Below are positions 11,773-25,164 of a DNA stretch of 64,000 nt, piece by piece (position 1 is the stretch's first letter; every line of letters starts with the position of its first letter). The position numbers were made by a program, and so were the translations under genes. The notes under the pieces are model-generated. The model saw nothing but the letters and a program-made list of their open reading frames with translations. It searched no databases and had not been told where the DNA came from. The stretch is from Geosiphon pyriformis uo1 (lineage: Eukaryota > Fungi > Glomeromycota), in assembly GCA_016748015.1 (NCBI GenBank), contig JAAOMT010000772.1, forward strand, positions 313,541-377,540. Direction: 5' to 3'.

Positions 11773-14700
11773 TATTACTTATAGAAATAGAAATTATAAT
11801 AGGTAAAAAATTAGCCAATAAAAAAAAGTATAATAAAAAGAAAAATTTCCGAATTTTTTTTGAAAAATTGCAGAATTTTAGAATTTCAAAACTTTAGGAT
11901 TTTTTTTAAAAAATTGCAAAATTTCTTTTAAAAAAATTGAAAAATTTCAAAAAATTTTGTATAACATTAATTATGTATATATAATAAGAATATTAAAAAC
12001 AGAAAAAAAGTATTGAAAACAGAAAAAACAGTAATTAAAAACAAATAATTATCTAATAACTTTCTTTTTAAAAAATAATTTTCTACAACTTAAAGTGGAG
12101 TCATACTCATATTAATAAAAATATTTATTATCATCTAAATTCATGTTATTATTGTTGATTAAGAAATATTAATCTATTTTATACTATCAACAATCTATGT
12201 TAATAAAATCTAATACTTAATCATATTAGACCAATAGTTCTTAATTATAACTATTAATATAATACTAATTCTTGTTTTTTTTTGTTTTATTTTTTTTGTT
12301 ATTATTAATTAATTAAAAAATTAAGCACTAAAAAATTGATGTTAAGGATAGCTTAATAAAAATTTGTAAAACAAAAATAAAAAACTTTAAAAATAACTTA
12401 CTAAAAGAGTATAACTGCCAGAATAAACCAATTACTATGCTAAAAAAAAATTCACAAAAGAAAATCATTAATTAAATTTTTGTCTATTATACAAAAAACT
12501 TAACCAAAATTTTTAAACTCCAAAATTTTTAGAAATTATTATTATTAATTATTAAGCACCAAATTACAGATTTGTTATTTATTTTAATATTCCAAATAAT
12601 TACCTATAATATTTAGTGCTTTTTGTAAAGTATAATTTAACAAAAAACCAGCATTAATATCTATTATTTGGAATAATAGCAAAAGTAAAAATAATAGAAA
12701 CAAATTATTTGGAATTTACAAAAGCTTTATTTTAATATTATTAAATATATCTTGAATTAACAAATAACTATTGGTTAGCAGAATTAGCTTTTAATTTCTA
12801 TATTAACAAAAAAATTATATTTTACTTGAGAGGCCAAAAAAATTTAAAAGCCACTGTTATAGATAATTATTTGAGATGTTAGAACAAATAACAAATCTAT
12901 AACTCAGTACTTAATAATTGTCAATATTAATAATTTCTAAAAGTTTTAAATTTTGAAGATTTTTATTGAGTTTTTTGTAAATAAACAGAGATTTAATTGA
13001 TAGTTTTTTTTGTGAATTTTTTTCTTTAATATGATAGCTAGTTTATTTTGACAGTTGTGCTCTTTTGGTAAGCTATTTTTAAGTTTTTTATCTTTGTTTC
13101 TGGGTCTTTTATCAAAATATTTTTGATATTAATTACTTGTGCTTAATTCTTTAATCAATTAATAAACAACAAAAAAAACAAAACAAAAAAAAATAAGAAA
13201 AGAAAATAAGAAATTAGTATCTTATTAATAGCTGTAATCAAAAGTTATTAGTCTAGTGTAGTTAAGTATTAGATTCTATCAACATAGATTGTTAATAGTG
13301 TAAAATAGATTAATATTTTTTAATCAAATAATGATAACATGAATTTAGATGATAATAAATATTTTTATTGATATAAGTATAATTTCACTTCAAGTTATAA
13401 AAAATTATTTTTTGAAAAGAGTAATATTGTTGTTTTAAATTCTGAACTAAATTGAATTAAATTACTTTTTCTGCTTCTAATATTCTTATTATATATACAT
13501 GATTTGTATTATATAAGATTCTTTAAAATCTTTTAATTTCTTTGAAAAAAATTCTGAAATTCTGGAATCTTGCAATTTCTTAAAAAAAATTCTGAAATTT
13601 TTCTATTTACTATGTTTTTTTCTAATTGGTTATTTTTTTATTTATTATTATTCCTATTTTTATGAATAATATTATTCTCTTCTTTTAATATTTAGATTTA
13701 TTGAGATTTTTTAAATTTTTTAACTTTTCTAAATCTATACTAGTATATAAATAAGATTTCAATCTAATAACAGTTTTTTCAGATTTTCTGAAATCAAACT
13801 CTGTATTAGTATTATGTATATATTTTAGCATAATATTTTTATCATTATTGCTAAACCATTTAAGTTTCTGCTTTTTTGAAAGATTTAAAAGTATAATATA
13901 TTGTTTAAAATTGTAATTGGGTTTTAAATTGTTATTATTGTGATTGCCATTGTAAATAGAATTAAAATCATTATTGTTATTATTGTTAAAGTCTAAATTA
14001 GAATTAACTTTTAATTCCAAATTAAAAACATAGCTGTTAATTGGTTTTTTTTCTCTAGAAATCAAATAGATTATGCATAATAGTAAATTATAAATAAAGT
14101 CACAATTGTTATAATACTTGAAGTTACTAAGAATTAGGAAATGTTTACAAAGTTTAATATTTAATTATTTTAAATACTGCTTTTGCTTTTCTTTAGTAAG
14201 TGCTAAATCTTAGTAGTGTTCATAGAATTGTTTTGGATTGTTTAAAATGTTAATAAAAATATCTAAATTGGAAATGAGAATGGTTTTAACAGGTTTTAGT
14301 GAATTGGTTTTAATTATAAGTATCTTATTAAACAAAGTGTCTTTAATTTTTACATTTGTTATTTACTAGATTTTGTCTTTATTATGTAAATAACCATTTA
14401 AATATAATAAAGCTCTGTTTTATGCAGCATTGAATGGTGTTTTTTTGCTCACTCAATTACTAATAAAAATTGTGTATTAACATGATACATGTTTTTCTTT
14501 AACCAGAAATGTTATTCCATATTTTTTTGTCAAGTAGTATTTCTTTACAAGCAAATTATAGTTTGTTATTCTACTTTTTTTGTTGTTTTGAGTAACCAAA
14601 ACATTCTCTGTGGCATGTTTTGCAATAGTAACAGATATGTGTTTTGTAGTTTTTTTTGAATAAGATTTAAGCTCTCATGGATAAAAGCTTTTTCTTGTAG

Positions 14701-17700
14701 TTCTTATATTTGAGTAGTATATAAAGTGGTTGTTTTTTTGGTTTTGAAATCAAGTAAAGTTAATGCCAACTGTTGGTTGTTTCTTTGACAATAGTAATGT
14801 TTTGAAATTTGTCTTCTTTCTTTCCTTTTTTTTTGTCATTTCAAGAGAATATTAGTGGTAATTTATTGTAATTGTTTTCAGCCTATAAAACTTAATAGGT
14901 CTCTTTTTTTTTCTTCTCAAATTTTATTAGTAGCTGTGATTGAGTTGTTTTAAAGGAGCTGTATATAGTTGGTACTTGTATATGCTAATCATCTTAACTA
15001 AGTTGTAGCTTTTAAGTATTCCAGTTAAATACAGTATTAGTCTTAGATAATTAGTCATTATTAATTAGAGCTTAGTATTACATAATTTCTATGACAAGAA
15101 CTTTAATAAGTAAAATAATACTGTTGACTTTAAAAAAAAAGTCATTAATTTTATTAATAGGAGTCTTAATTACTTTATTAACTGTAATAATTCTGGTATT
15201 GGCAGCACAATCAACTTAGTAACCTAATTAGTTCATAAGTTGTTATATAATAATACTGTCTGCTGATTTGCTATTAAAGATTAACTTAATAAATTGGCTA
15301 TTAACTTTAATATCAATATACATGACAGTAATAAGTTTGGCATTAAGAGCAGCTCTACTAAATAATAAGATTTCTGCTTGATTTTTCAACTCAAATGAGA
15401 AGATAATGGCTAGTAATTTGTTTTTTGTAATGATTGCTAATAAGATGTTGTTGATGAATAGTTGTTTTATTTGTTCTGAATTGTTAAATTAAATATTTTT
15501 TAAGGTAACCAAAAGACTTAAATAGCTCTGAAAATTCGGGTTTTGAGTATATTTATTTTCTAAACTCTGTTGGCATAATCCTAAAAGTTGGTTCAATAAA
15601 CTGAGAATCAGTTAATATATAGCTATTGCTAATCTCTAATTTTGTTATATATGTGTAATTTTCAGTCTTTGAATTCTATTTAATATTGGCACAGTATTTT
15701 GAAGTAGTATTTAAATTAATTGGAACTGATAGATTATTTGTGGCTGTAATTAATAAATTATTGGTACTAAAGTCTAATAAATAAAAAATAAGTATATTAA
15801 TTATTGCATTATTGATTAATATAAGATTTAATGTTGATATTGTTCCTAATTTTAAATATAATTCGAATTTTGAAACCTGTGATTGGAGTTACTATATTGG
15901 TTTTCCAATTATTAGTTACTTAATCTTAAGCAACAATCTGTTTTTAAATGGCTTTGTTTATTATAATAGTAACAATTACATGTTTCTTGTTGCCATAATT
16001 GATTTGTTAATAATAATAGTATTAAATGTAACTAATTCTGAAACTGATTAGTGTTTTTTTGATTATTATGATGTTAAAAAAGCTGATAAATTGCTTGGTT
16101 GTTAGCTAAGTATCTTTTGATCTTTTAATTAATAAAGTTACTAAATTGTTTTAGCTTAGAATCCAATTTAAATAATTTGTTCATTACTAAATTTATGGCT
16201 TAAACATAGTTGGCTTCAAATTTGGCTAATTCAAAATTTCTGGCATGTGTAATTGCATCTTGTAAAGTATTTGAATATATTAAATATACTTATTATAGCA
16301 AACTGCTATATAAATCATAAATAAATTGGTTTAGGATCTGTAGTATTATAAAGTAGTTACTATTAATTGCTTGGATTTGATGCATATTTCTGTAGAAACA
16401 TCCCAAATAAATAGTGATTGTTTTAGTATTATCTTGCTTAATGGTAGTAAAGCTTGTTAACAAATAATTGATGCTATTATTATTACTAAAATACTATAGA
16501 AACATGGTTTTGAACATGTCAAAATTTTGAGATTTGTTTACAAAATTTTGGTATCATGAGTTAGCAGTATCTTATAAAAAGTATAGAATAACTTGAAAAG
16601 CTTTAGTGTTATTCTATCTGTTAGCCATTATGATTTTTGTTATATTGTTAAACCATATTTGAACATTGTTTTCTTTACTAGTAAATTTTTCAAGTTTGAT
16701 AATTAGTGTATATATTATTGATATAAGTAATAATTTTTGTTGTTGTAATTATTGCTAGACAGCAATTAATATTACTGGTAGTTAATTAATCAAAATTATT
16801 GGAGGTAAGTTTTATGGAATAATAGAAGCTGGATTTGAATTGTTTAAGTTTTGTCAAATTTGACCAATTAAAGTTATAATTTCCAGGTTATTTAAAATCA
16901 AGTTTTGGTTATTATTTCTCTGATTGCTGTTTTTTTTTCTTCTGAATTGGTGTCTGTTTAATTACTGGCAGATTTGAAATTTGATTAAGATGACAATAAT
17001 CAAAGTTCTAATAGTGTTGTTAGTTGTAATTTAAATCCTTTAAAAAAATTACCATAAATTTCTAATAATTTGGCTTTTTTTTAATTATTTTGGAATAATA
17101 CTTTGGATAATAGTATTTTTATAGTTAATAATAATATGAATTCAGATAGTATGGAATAATACTTTTTGGTATATAATAATATAATAAGTAAATAAGTAAA
17201 ATAACTCTTGGTTTTTTTTAAGTAAGCTGTTGTATTTTTTTTGGTGTTTCTGCTAAAATTTGTAACTTTTTTTTATCTTTGTTTGAAAAAGTAATAGGAA
17301 ATTTCTATTGAGTGTAATTCTCAATTTTTTGATTTATCTTTGTAATTAATGAAATAAACAAATAATTTTGTAAAAACATAGTGGTTTGGAATAATTTACT
17401 GTAAAAATATTTGAGAATAGCTTCTGGATATTCTTAGTTTTTTAAGTAAGATTTAATTTTTTTGTTAATATAAAAATTGAAAATTAATTCTGCTGGCCAA
17501 TAGTTATTTGTCAATCCTAAGTGAGTTTGATAGTGTTGGAATAAAGTTTTCATAAATTCCAAGTGGTTTGTCCCTATTACTTCTGATTTTGTTACTGTTC
17601 CAAATGATAAATATTGGTGCTAGTTTTTTGTTAGATTATATTTTACAAAAAGCACTAAATATTATAAATAATTATTTAAAGTGTTGAAACAAATAACAAA

Positions 17701-19022
17701 CTCATAACTTAATATTCAATAATTGTTGATGTTAGTAATTTTTGAAGATTTTGGTTGAGTTTTTTGTATAATAGACAGAAATTCAATTGATGGTTTTTTT
17801 TATGAATTTTTTTTTTTAGTGTAATAGCCAGTTTATTTTGGCAGTTGTGCTTTTCTGATAAGTTATTTTTAAATTTTCTATCTTTGTTTCTGGGTCTTTT
17901 ACCAGGCTATCTTTAATATTAATTACTTAATACTTAATTCCTTAATCAATTAGTAAACAACAAAAAAAATAAATAAATAAAAAATAAATAAAAATAAAAA
18001 ATTGGTATTCTGTTAATAGTCATAAGCAAAAGCTATTAATCTAATATGATTAAGTATTAAATTTTATTAACATAGAATGTTAATAGTATAGAATTAATTA
18101 ATATTTTTTAATTAAATAATGAAAACATGAATTTGAATGATAATAAATGTTTTATTGATATAGATATAATTCTATTTTAAGTTATAAAAAACTATCTTTT
18201 AAAGGAAAGAATATTGTTGTTCTGAAATCTGAATTGAATTGAATTGAATTATTTTTTTTGCTTTTAATACTTTTACTATATATATATAATTCATGTTATA
18301 TGAAATTTTTAAAATCTTTTAATTTTTTTGAAAAGAATTCTAAAATTCTAGAATTTTGCAATTTTTTAAGAGGAATTTTAGAATTCTTCTATTTATTACA
18401 CTTCTTTCTGATTGGCTATTTTTTTATCTATTATTATTTCTATTTTTATGAATAATACTATTCTTAAAAATTTTTATAGTAAATTATTCTAAAGCATTAT
18501 GCTTCCACAAAATCATTTGTTCATCTTATTAATTATAAAGATAAATTAAAAAATTGAGAATTATATTCAACAAAAATTTTCTATTACTTTTACAGACAAA
18601 AAAAAAAAATTACAAACTTTAGCAAAAATACCAAAAAAAATACAACTACCTATTTGAAAGAAACCAAGAGTTATTTTACTTATTTATCTATTATATTATT
18701 ATATATTTAAAAGCATTATTCAGATAATATTAACAGTTGTGTTCATAACAAAAACACCATTAGCATAAATACTGTTTTAAAGCAATCAAAAAAAATTAAA
18801 CTATTAAAAATTTATAGCAATTTTTTCAAAAAATTTAAATTGTAATCAACAATACCATCAAAACTTTAATTACTACCATTTTAACCAAATTTCAGATCTG
18901 CCAATAATTAGGCAGACACTAATCCAGAAGAAAAAAAAGATAGTAATTAAGCAAATAATAAATAAAACCTGATTTCAAATAACTCAAAAGTCTAAATTTT
19001 GATTGTTCAAACTCAACAAAAC
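11773..19022 (+). mobile_element. Family X gypsy, 5' LTR (11773-12611) + PBS + truncated gag, interrupted by a sister copy
   Basis: LTR is the reverse complement of 17660-18457; decayed PBS tttagtgctttttgtaaag; gag sequence resumes at ~18462 after the insertion. Confidence 0.7.
12855..18457 (-). mobile_element. Internally deleted (non-autonomous) family X gypsy with two LTRs
   Basis: LTRs 12855-13671 and 17660-18457, PBS ~17643-17659, PPT at 13672. Decayed gag, protease, Cys-rich region and start of dUTPase, but no RT/IN. Flanks CCAC/CTAT are compatible with a decayed 4-bp TSD. Confidence 0.8.
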
Positions 19023-19653
19023 CAATTGTTAGCTAAGTATTTTTCAATTTTTTGATTGATGGTTTTGTCAAATTGCTTTAATTTGGTATTCAATTCAGAT
19101 AATGTGTTTATTACTAGATTTATAACTTGAATATGATTGGCTTCAAGTTCAGTCAATTCAAAATCTCTGGTATGTATAATTGTGTCTTGAAAAGTATTTG
19201 AATGTATTAAGCATATTTGTTGTAATAAACTGCTATATAGTCTGCAAATGAATTAATTTAGGATCTGTAATGCTGTAAAGTAGTCAGCATTAATTGCTTG
19301 AATTTGACACAAATTTCTATGGAAGTGTTCTAAGTAATTAGTGACTGCTTTAATATCATCTTGTTTAATAGTATTAAAACTAGTTAATAGGTAATTAATG
19401 CTGTTATTATTATTAAAATACTGTAAAAACACAGTTTTAAACATGTTACAATTTTGGAATTTGTTTATAAAATTCTGGTATTATGAATTAGCAGTGTCTT
19501 AAAGAAAATATGGGATGGCTTAAAGTGTTTTAATATTGTTCTATCTGTTGGCTGTAATGGCTTTTATCATATTATTTAATTATGCTTGGGCATTGTTCTT
19601 TTTGTCAATAAATTTTTTGAATTTTGTGATTAGTATATAAACTATTAGTATAA

Positions 19654-20732
19654 TGTTATGGGTAAACTTGGTGGGGTATGGTGGTAATGTTTGGTGTTCT
19701 AATTTAGTATTCTAAGGTTGTATGTTTTTCACAGGGTTGATGTTTATCAGTCTCTAAAAGTCTTTTCTGGATGAGAATTTACCTGTTGAGTTCTTTGATT
19801 ATAAGGTACAGAGTTTTGGTTTTTGCTGATTGCAACTTCTTATAATGGTGAACTTTTTTTTCCAAGCTAATGAATGCAGTTGTTAGGGTCTGGCATTGTC
19901 TTTTCACCTTTCTGGTAAGCTATCAAGATAACATTAATATCCAAAAACCTAGAGAAAGCTTTTTTCTTTTACCAGGCTATCACGAAGTCTATTTCTAGAC
20001 AGTTGATTTTCTTATGTTGTCACTCCACAAGATAAAAATAAAAAAATAAAAGAAAATAAAAGAAAATAAAGAAGTAAAAAAAATAAAATAAAAAATAAGT
20101 GTCCTGTCAATAGCCGTAATTAAGAGCTATTGTGCTAACAGGTTAAGTAGTGGATAATAACATGAATTTGAAGAATTAAAGAAATATTTTATTAATATAA
20201 TTCTATTTTAGTTGATAGCAACTATCCTTGAAAGGAGGAGTATTTAATAATTATGGCCTGTGAGTCTAATTGACTCTGAGAGGCTAATTGACTCTTGAAA
20301 GTCTAATTTTCTCTCTGGATGTCTTTTTAACTTTTACAACTACTTGCTTTTATACATTCTTTTGGTTTTACAGGATTGCTTTTAATTGCTTTACTATTGC
20401 TAGCTATTGTTTGTTATTGCTAGCTTTTGCTTGTTATTGTTAGCTATTGCTTGTTATTACTAGCTATTGTATATTATTGCTAGCTTTTGTTCATTATTAC
20501 TAGCTATTGCTCATTATTACTAACTATTGCTCATTATTGCTAGCTTTTGCTTGTTATTGTTAGCTATTGCTTGTTATTACTAGCTATTGCTTGTTATTGC
20601 TAGCTATTGCTTGTTATTGCTAGCTATTGTTTGTGTTTGTCCTGTGTTATCTTGAGTTGTACCATATTTTTCTTGTTATGTTTTTTTGTCATGTTTTTTT
20701 CATAACTTTTTGGTTTTTCTACTCAGATAACA
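19654..20732 (-). mobile_element. Solo LTR (related to family C) with ATAA TSD
   Basis: TGTTAT...ATAACA termini flanked by ATAA/ATAA; the empty site is visible in the paralog at ~16715-16735. Confidence 0.88.
20401..20634. repeat. 20-bp minisatellite TAGCTATTGCTTGTTATTGC, ~11.7 copies, inside the solo LTR
   Basis: Exact 20-nt periodicity, no spacers. Confidence 0.95.
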
Positions 20733-22418
20733 ATAAGTAGTAATTGTTATTATGGTTTTTGCTAAATGGTAATTAGTACTATTAATGATTAATTAAGATA
20801 ACTGGAGGTATGTTTTTTGAAAAAATAGAAATTAGGTTTGAATTGTTTGAATTTGGCTCAATTTGAATAATTAAAGTTTAAATTTTTAAGTTATTTGAGA
20901 TCAGATTTTAATTATTATTTTTCTAATTACTGTTTTTTTTTTCTGATTTGGTGTCTTTTTAATGATTGATAAATTCGAAATTTGGTTGAAATAATAGTAA
21001 TTAAAGTCTTTATAATATTGTTAATCATAATTTAAATTTTTTAAAGAAATTGTTGTAGGTTTTTAATAATTTGGCTTTTTCTTAATTATTTTGAAATAGT
21101 ACTCTAAATAATAATATTTTCACAGTTGATGATAATATAAATTCAAATAGTATGTAAATAGTATTTTCTGGTGTATAATAATATAATAGATAAATAGATA
21201 AAATAACTTTTGGTTTCTTTCAAGTAAGCAGTTGTATTTTTTTTAATGTTTCTGCTGAAGTTTGTAATTTTTTTTTGTCTGTAAAGATAATAGGAAATTT
21301 CTGTTAAGTGTAATTCTTAATCCCTTGATTTATCTTTGTAATTAGTGAAACAAACAAATGATTTTATGAAAGCATAGTGCTTTTAAGTAATTTACTATAG
21401 AAATTTTTGAAGATGGCTTCTGAATCTTTTTAATTTTTCATTAACATAGAAGTTGAAAGCTAATTCTGTTAACCAATAGTTACTTGTCAGTCCAAAATAA
21501 GTTTGATAATATTGAAATAAAAATTTGGCAAATTTTAAATGATTTGTTTTTATTACTTTTGATTCTGCTATTTTTCTAGATAATTAATGTTGGCACTGGT
21601 TTTTTGTTAGATTATACTTTACAAGGAATACCAAATATTATAAATGATTATTTAGAAGTGTTAAAATAAATAAAAAATTTGTAACTTGGTGTTTAATAGC
21701 TGAAAATGTTGGTAATTTTTGAAGATTTTAAAGTCTAAAGATTTTGGTTAAGTTCTTTGTATAATAAACAAAAATTCAATTAATGGTTTCTTTTGTGAAT
21801 TTTTTTTTCAGTATAGTAATTGATTTATTTTGGCAGTTATGCTCTTCTAGTAAATTATCTTTAAATTTCTATTTTGTTCTTAGGTTTTTTGTCAGATTAT
21901 CTTTGATGTCAATTACTTAATACTTAATTTTTTTAATTAATTAGTAAACAACAAAAAAACAAAATAAAAAAAAATAAAAAATAAAAAATAAAAAATTAGT
22001 ATTCTATCAATAGCTGTGATCAAAAGTTATTAGTTTAATGTGGTTAAGTATTGAATTCTATTAACATAAAGTGTTAATAATATAAAATAGATTAATATTT
22101 TTTTAATCAAATAATGATAACATGAATTCAAGTAATAATAGATGTTTTATTGATATAAGTATAATTTTATTTTAAGTTATAAAAAACTATTTTTTTGAAA
22201 AAAAGAGTATTGTTGTTCTAAACTAAATTGTTTTGAATCTTTTTTCTGTTTTTAATACTTTTATTATATATATATAATTTATGTTATATAAAATTCCTTA
22301 AAATTTTTCAATTCTTTTAAAAAAAATTCTAGAATCCTGTAATTTTTCTTTTTATTATGTCTATTTCTGATTGGCTATTTTATCTATTTATTATAATTTT
22401 TAATTTTTATAAGTAATA

Positions 22419-23175
22419 CTATTTACTTTGATTCTTTTTTTACAGTTTTATTCATACTTTTTTCTGAAATAAACATTAATTTAATGATTTCTTCAAATTT
22501 TGAGAAAATAATAGTCCTTCTAAAACTATTAATTACTGAAAAAAATTTTTGAATAATCTGAGTTTTGGCTGTTACTGATTTTTTTTTCATAACTGAAAGA
22601 TTAATATCTAATACAAAGAATTTTTTAATGGCTACTTTGACTTGGGTTTTTATTATTTTAGAATTTATTTACTTTTTTTTAAGAGAAAAATTAAAAAAAA
22701 AAGAGTCTTTTGTTTTTATCTATGCTATAATTAATTAAACTAATAGAAAAGCCACAAATTATACTAAAATTTACTCTTTTAGCTTTAAAAGTATTTGCTG
22801 TTAAGCCAAAAAAAAAGCCATTACCAATACTTAATAAAACATTATTATTTTTAGTATTATCAAACTTACTGTTTATATCTAAGTATATACTACTACCAAT
22901 ATCAAGTTTAACTAAAGAGATATTTTTTTATTATCAGAATATTGATATTACTAACTAAAATTTTTTTTTGGAAGAAAAAACCTTCAACAGAACTATGAAG
23001 AGTTTCTTTGGGTGCTTTTTTTTAGACATAATACTATCTAAAACAGCCACTAAGTTTAGTACAAAGATATTATTTACTTGAAAAATATTTACAAGAAAAT
23101 AACAAAAAAAAATAAAAAAAACTTCTTTTTAAAAATATGCTCTTTGAAAAATTTGGAACATAAAAAAGAAAGAAG
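22419..23175 (-). mobile_element. 5' fragment (5' UTR + ORF1 start) of the LINE family
   Basis: Reverse complement aligns with ~26805-27540 (e.g. gacattaatctttcag..aaaaaatcag..caaaatttgaag). Confidence 0.75.
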
Positions 23176-23795
23176 TTTTTTAATTATTAAAAAATATTAT
23201 TTATATTTATTTATTAATACTTTAAATTAATTATTTTTAATTAAAAATTACAGAATAAACATAATATTAAAATTAAAATTATAAATTACTTAAGAAAAAA
23301 TACATATTAAAAAGTATAAAAAATTAATTTTAAATAATTTTTTAAAAATTTTTTTCAATAAAGTTTTGTTAAACAAAACTTATAATTTTAAAGTATGTAA
23401 ATAAACAACCAACAAATTATTTAACCAGAAAATTTTGTTTTTTATATTATATTATAACTTAAAAAAATTTTAATAAATATATAAACAAGAAAACCATCCA
23501 AAAAAACCTTTTATAATACAATATATTAAAACCAAATCTCATATTAGCTATAATATTTTAACATAGTAAATTCAAATTAAAGACTAAACCCAATATTTAA
23601 GCCAACCCAAATTATGAATAAAACCAACCAGTGTATTACAATTTTAATAAAACTCAGAATTTTGGTAATACTGTTTTTGTTAAAAACAAAAATACAGTTT
23701 AAATCAAAAAACCTTCCAACATAAACCTTTTATTAAAACCATTTCACCAGCCATTGTTTCAAAAAATAAAACACCTGCAGCACGCCCCATATAAT

Positions 23796-24693
23796 NNNNN
23801 NNNNNNNNNNNNNNNNNNNNNNNNNNNNNNNNNNNNNNNNNNNNNNNNNNNNNNNNNNNNNNNNNNNNNNNNNNNNNNNNNNNNNNNNNNNNNNNNNNNN
23901 NNNNNNNNNNNNNNNNNNNNNNNNNNNNNNNNNNNNNNNNNNNNNNNNNNNNNNNNNNNNNNNNNNNNNNNNNNNNNNNNNNNNNNNNNNNNNNNNNNNN
24001 NNNNNNNNNNNNNNNNNNNNNNNNNNNNNNNNNNNNNNNNNNNNNNNNNNNNNNNNNNNNNNNNNNNNNNNNNNNNNNNNNNNNNNNNNNNNNNNNNNNN
24101 NNNNNNNNNNNNNNNNNNNNNNNNNNNNNNNNNNNNNNNNNNNNNNNNNNNNNNNNNNNNNNNNNNNNNNNNNNNNNNNNNNNNNNNNNNNNNNNNNNNN
24201 NNNNNNNNNNNNNNNNNNNNNNNNNNNNNNNNNNNNNNNNNNNNNNNNNNNNNNNNNNNNNNNNNNNNNNNNNNNNNNNNNNNNNNNNNNNNNNNNNNNN
24301 NNNNNNNNNNNNNNNNNNNNNNNNNNNNNNNNNNNNNNNNNNNNNNNNNNNNNNNNNNNNNNNNNNNNNNNNNNNNNNNNNNNNNNNNNNNNNNNNNNNN
24401 NNNNNNNNNNNNNNNNNNNNNNNNNNNNNNNNNNNNNNNNNNNNNNNNNNNNNNNNNNNNNNNNNNNNNNNNNNNNNNNNNNNNNNNNNNNNNNNNNNNN
24501 NNNNNNNNNNNNNNNNNNNNNNNNNNNNNNNNNNNNNNNNNNNNNNNNNNNNNNNNNNNNNNNNNNNNNNNNNNNNNNNNNNNNNNNNNNNNNNNNNNNN
24601 NNNNNNNNNNNNNNNNNNNNNNNNNNNNNNNNNNNNNNNNNNNNNNNNNNNNNNNNNNNNNNNNNNNNNNNNNNNNNNNNNNNNNNNNNNNNN
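23796..24693. other. Assembly gap (898 N)
   Basis: Run of N. Confidence 1.
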
Positions 24694-25164
24694 ACCAGGC
24701 AAAGAAGGTAGATTAGGGAAACTAAATATCCCATTGCACACTAGCACAAAGTCAAATTCGTGCTTTTCCTCTTTTGTCTCATCCCCATTACCTTCCTTCA
24801 CTCTAATGGTAACTACCCATCCTGGTCGTTCTCCAGTTTTTCGGGAAACATTGGTGACTTCGGTTTGGAAGCGAATCCTCTCAAGAACCCCAAAATTTTC
24901 GGCGTATGAGTGTAAGTGATTCCGCATCTGCTCTGCTGTCGGCCACTCTGGGTAAGATGCAGGCATGGGATAGTCAGAAAACCCAAATGTGTCCCTTGTA
25001 TTCTGGGTTGTTACTCGTGGGTAACTTCGAGATTTTTCCCAAACACCACCAAGTCCTTTTTGTTTCTCGATTACAGTAACGTCGTAGCCTTCCTCAACAA
25101 AAGTTTTAGCTGTTACCAGACCGCTAATTCCAGCCCCAATAACGCAAATTTGTTGGATTCCCAT
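24694..25164 (-). CDS. Flavin-containing monooxygenase (class B FMO), 5' 157 codons; remainder lost in gap; intronless, bacterial-like
   Basis: ICVIGAGISGL (GxGxxG), EKQKGLGGVW, FSDYPMP, FDFVLVCNG..PNLPSLPG immediately before the expected FxGxxxHxxx[YF] fingerprint. Confidence 0.9.

Larger units (their letters stand above)
19023..22418 (-). mobile_element. Truncated family X gypsy: 5' LTR 21636-22418, PBS, gag
   Basis: Colinear with 16095-18457; PBS TTTGGTATTCCTTGTAAAG on the - strand. Confidence 0.8.

Noticed and set aside
20401-20634. CRISPR-like periodicity (also 50315-50430)
   Set aside because: Head-to-tail units without unique spacers, inside LTRs, no cas genes, eukaryotic context.
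23704-24734. Long ORFs of 486/333/320 aa in the ORF track
   Set aside because: Artefacts of translating through 898 N; only 24694-25164 is supported.
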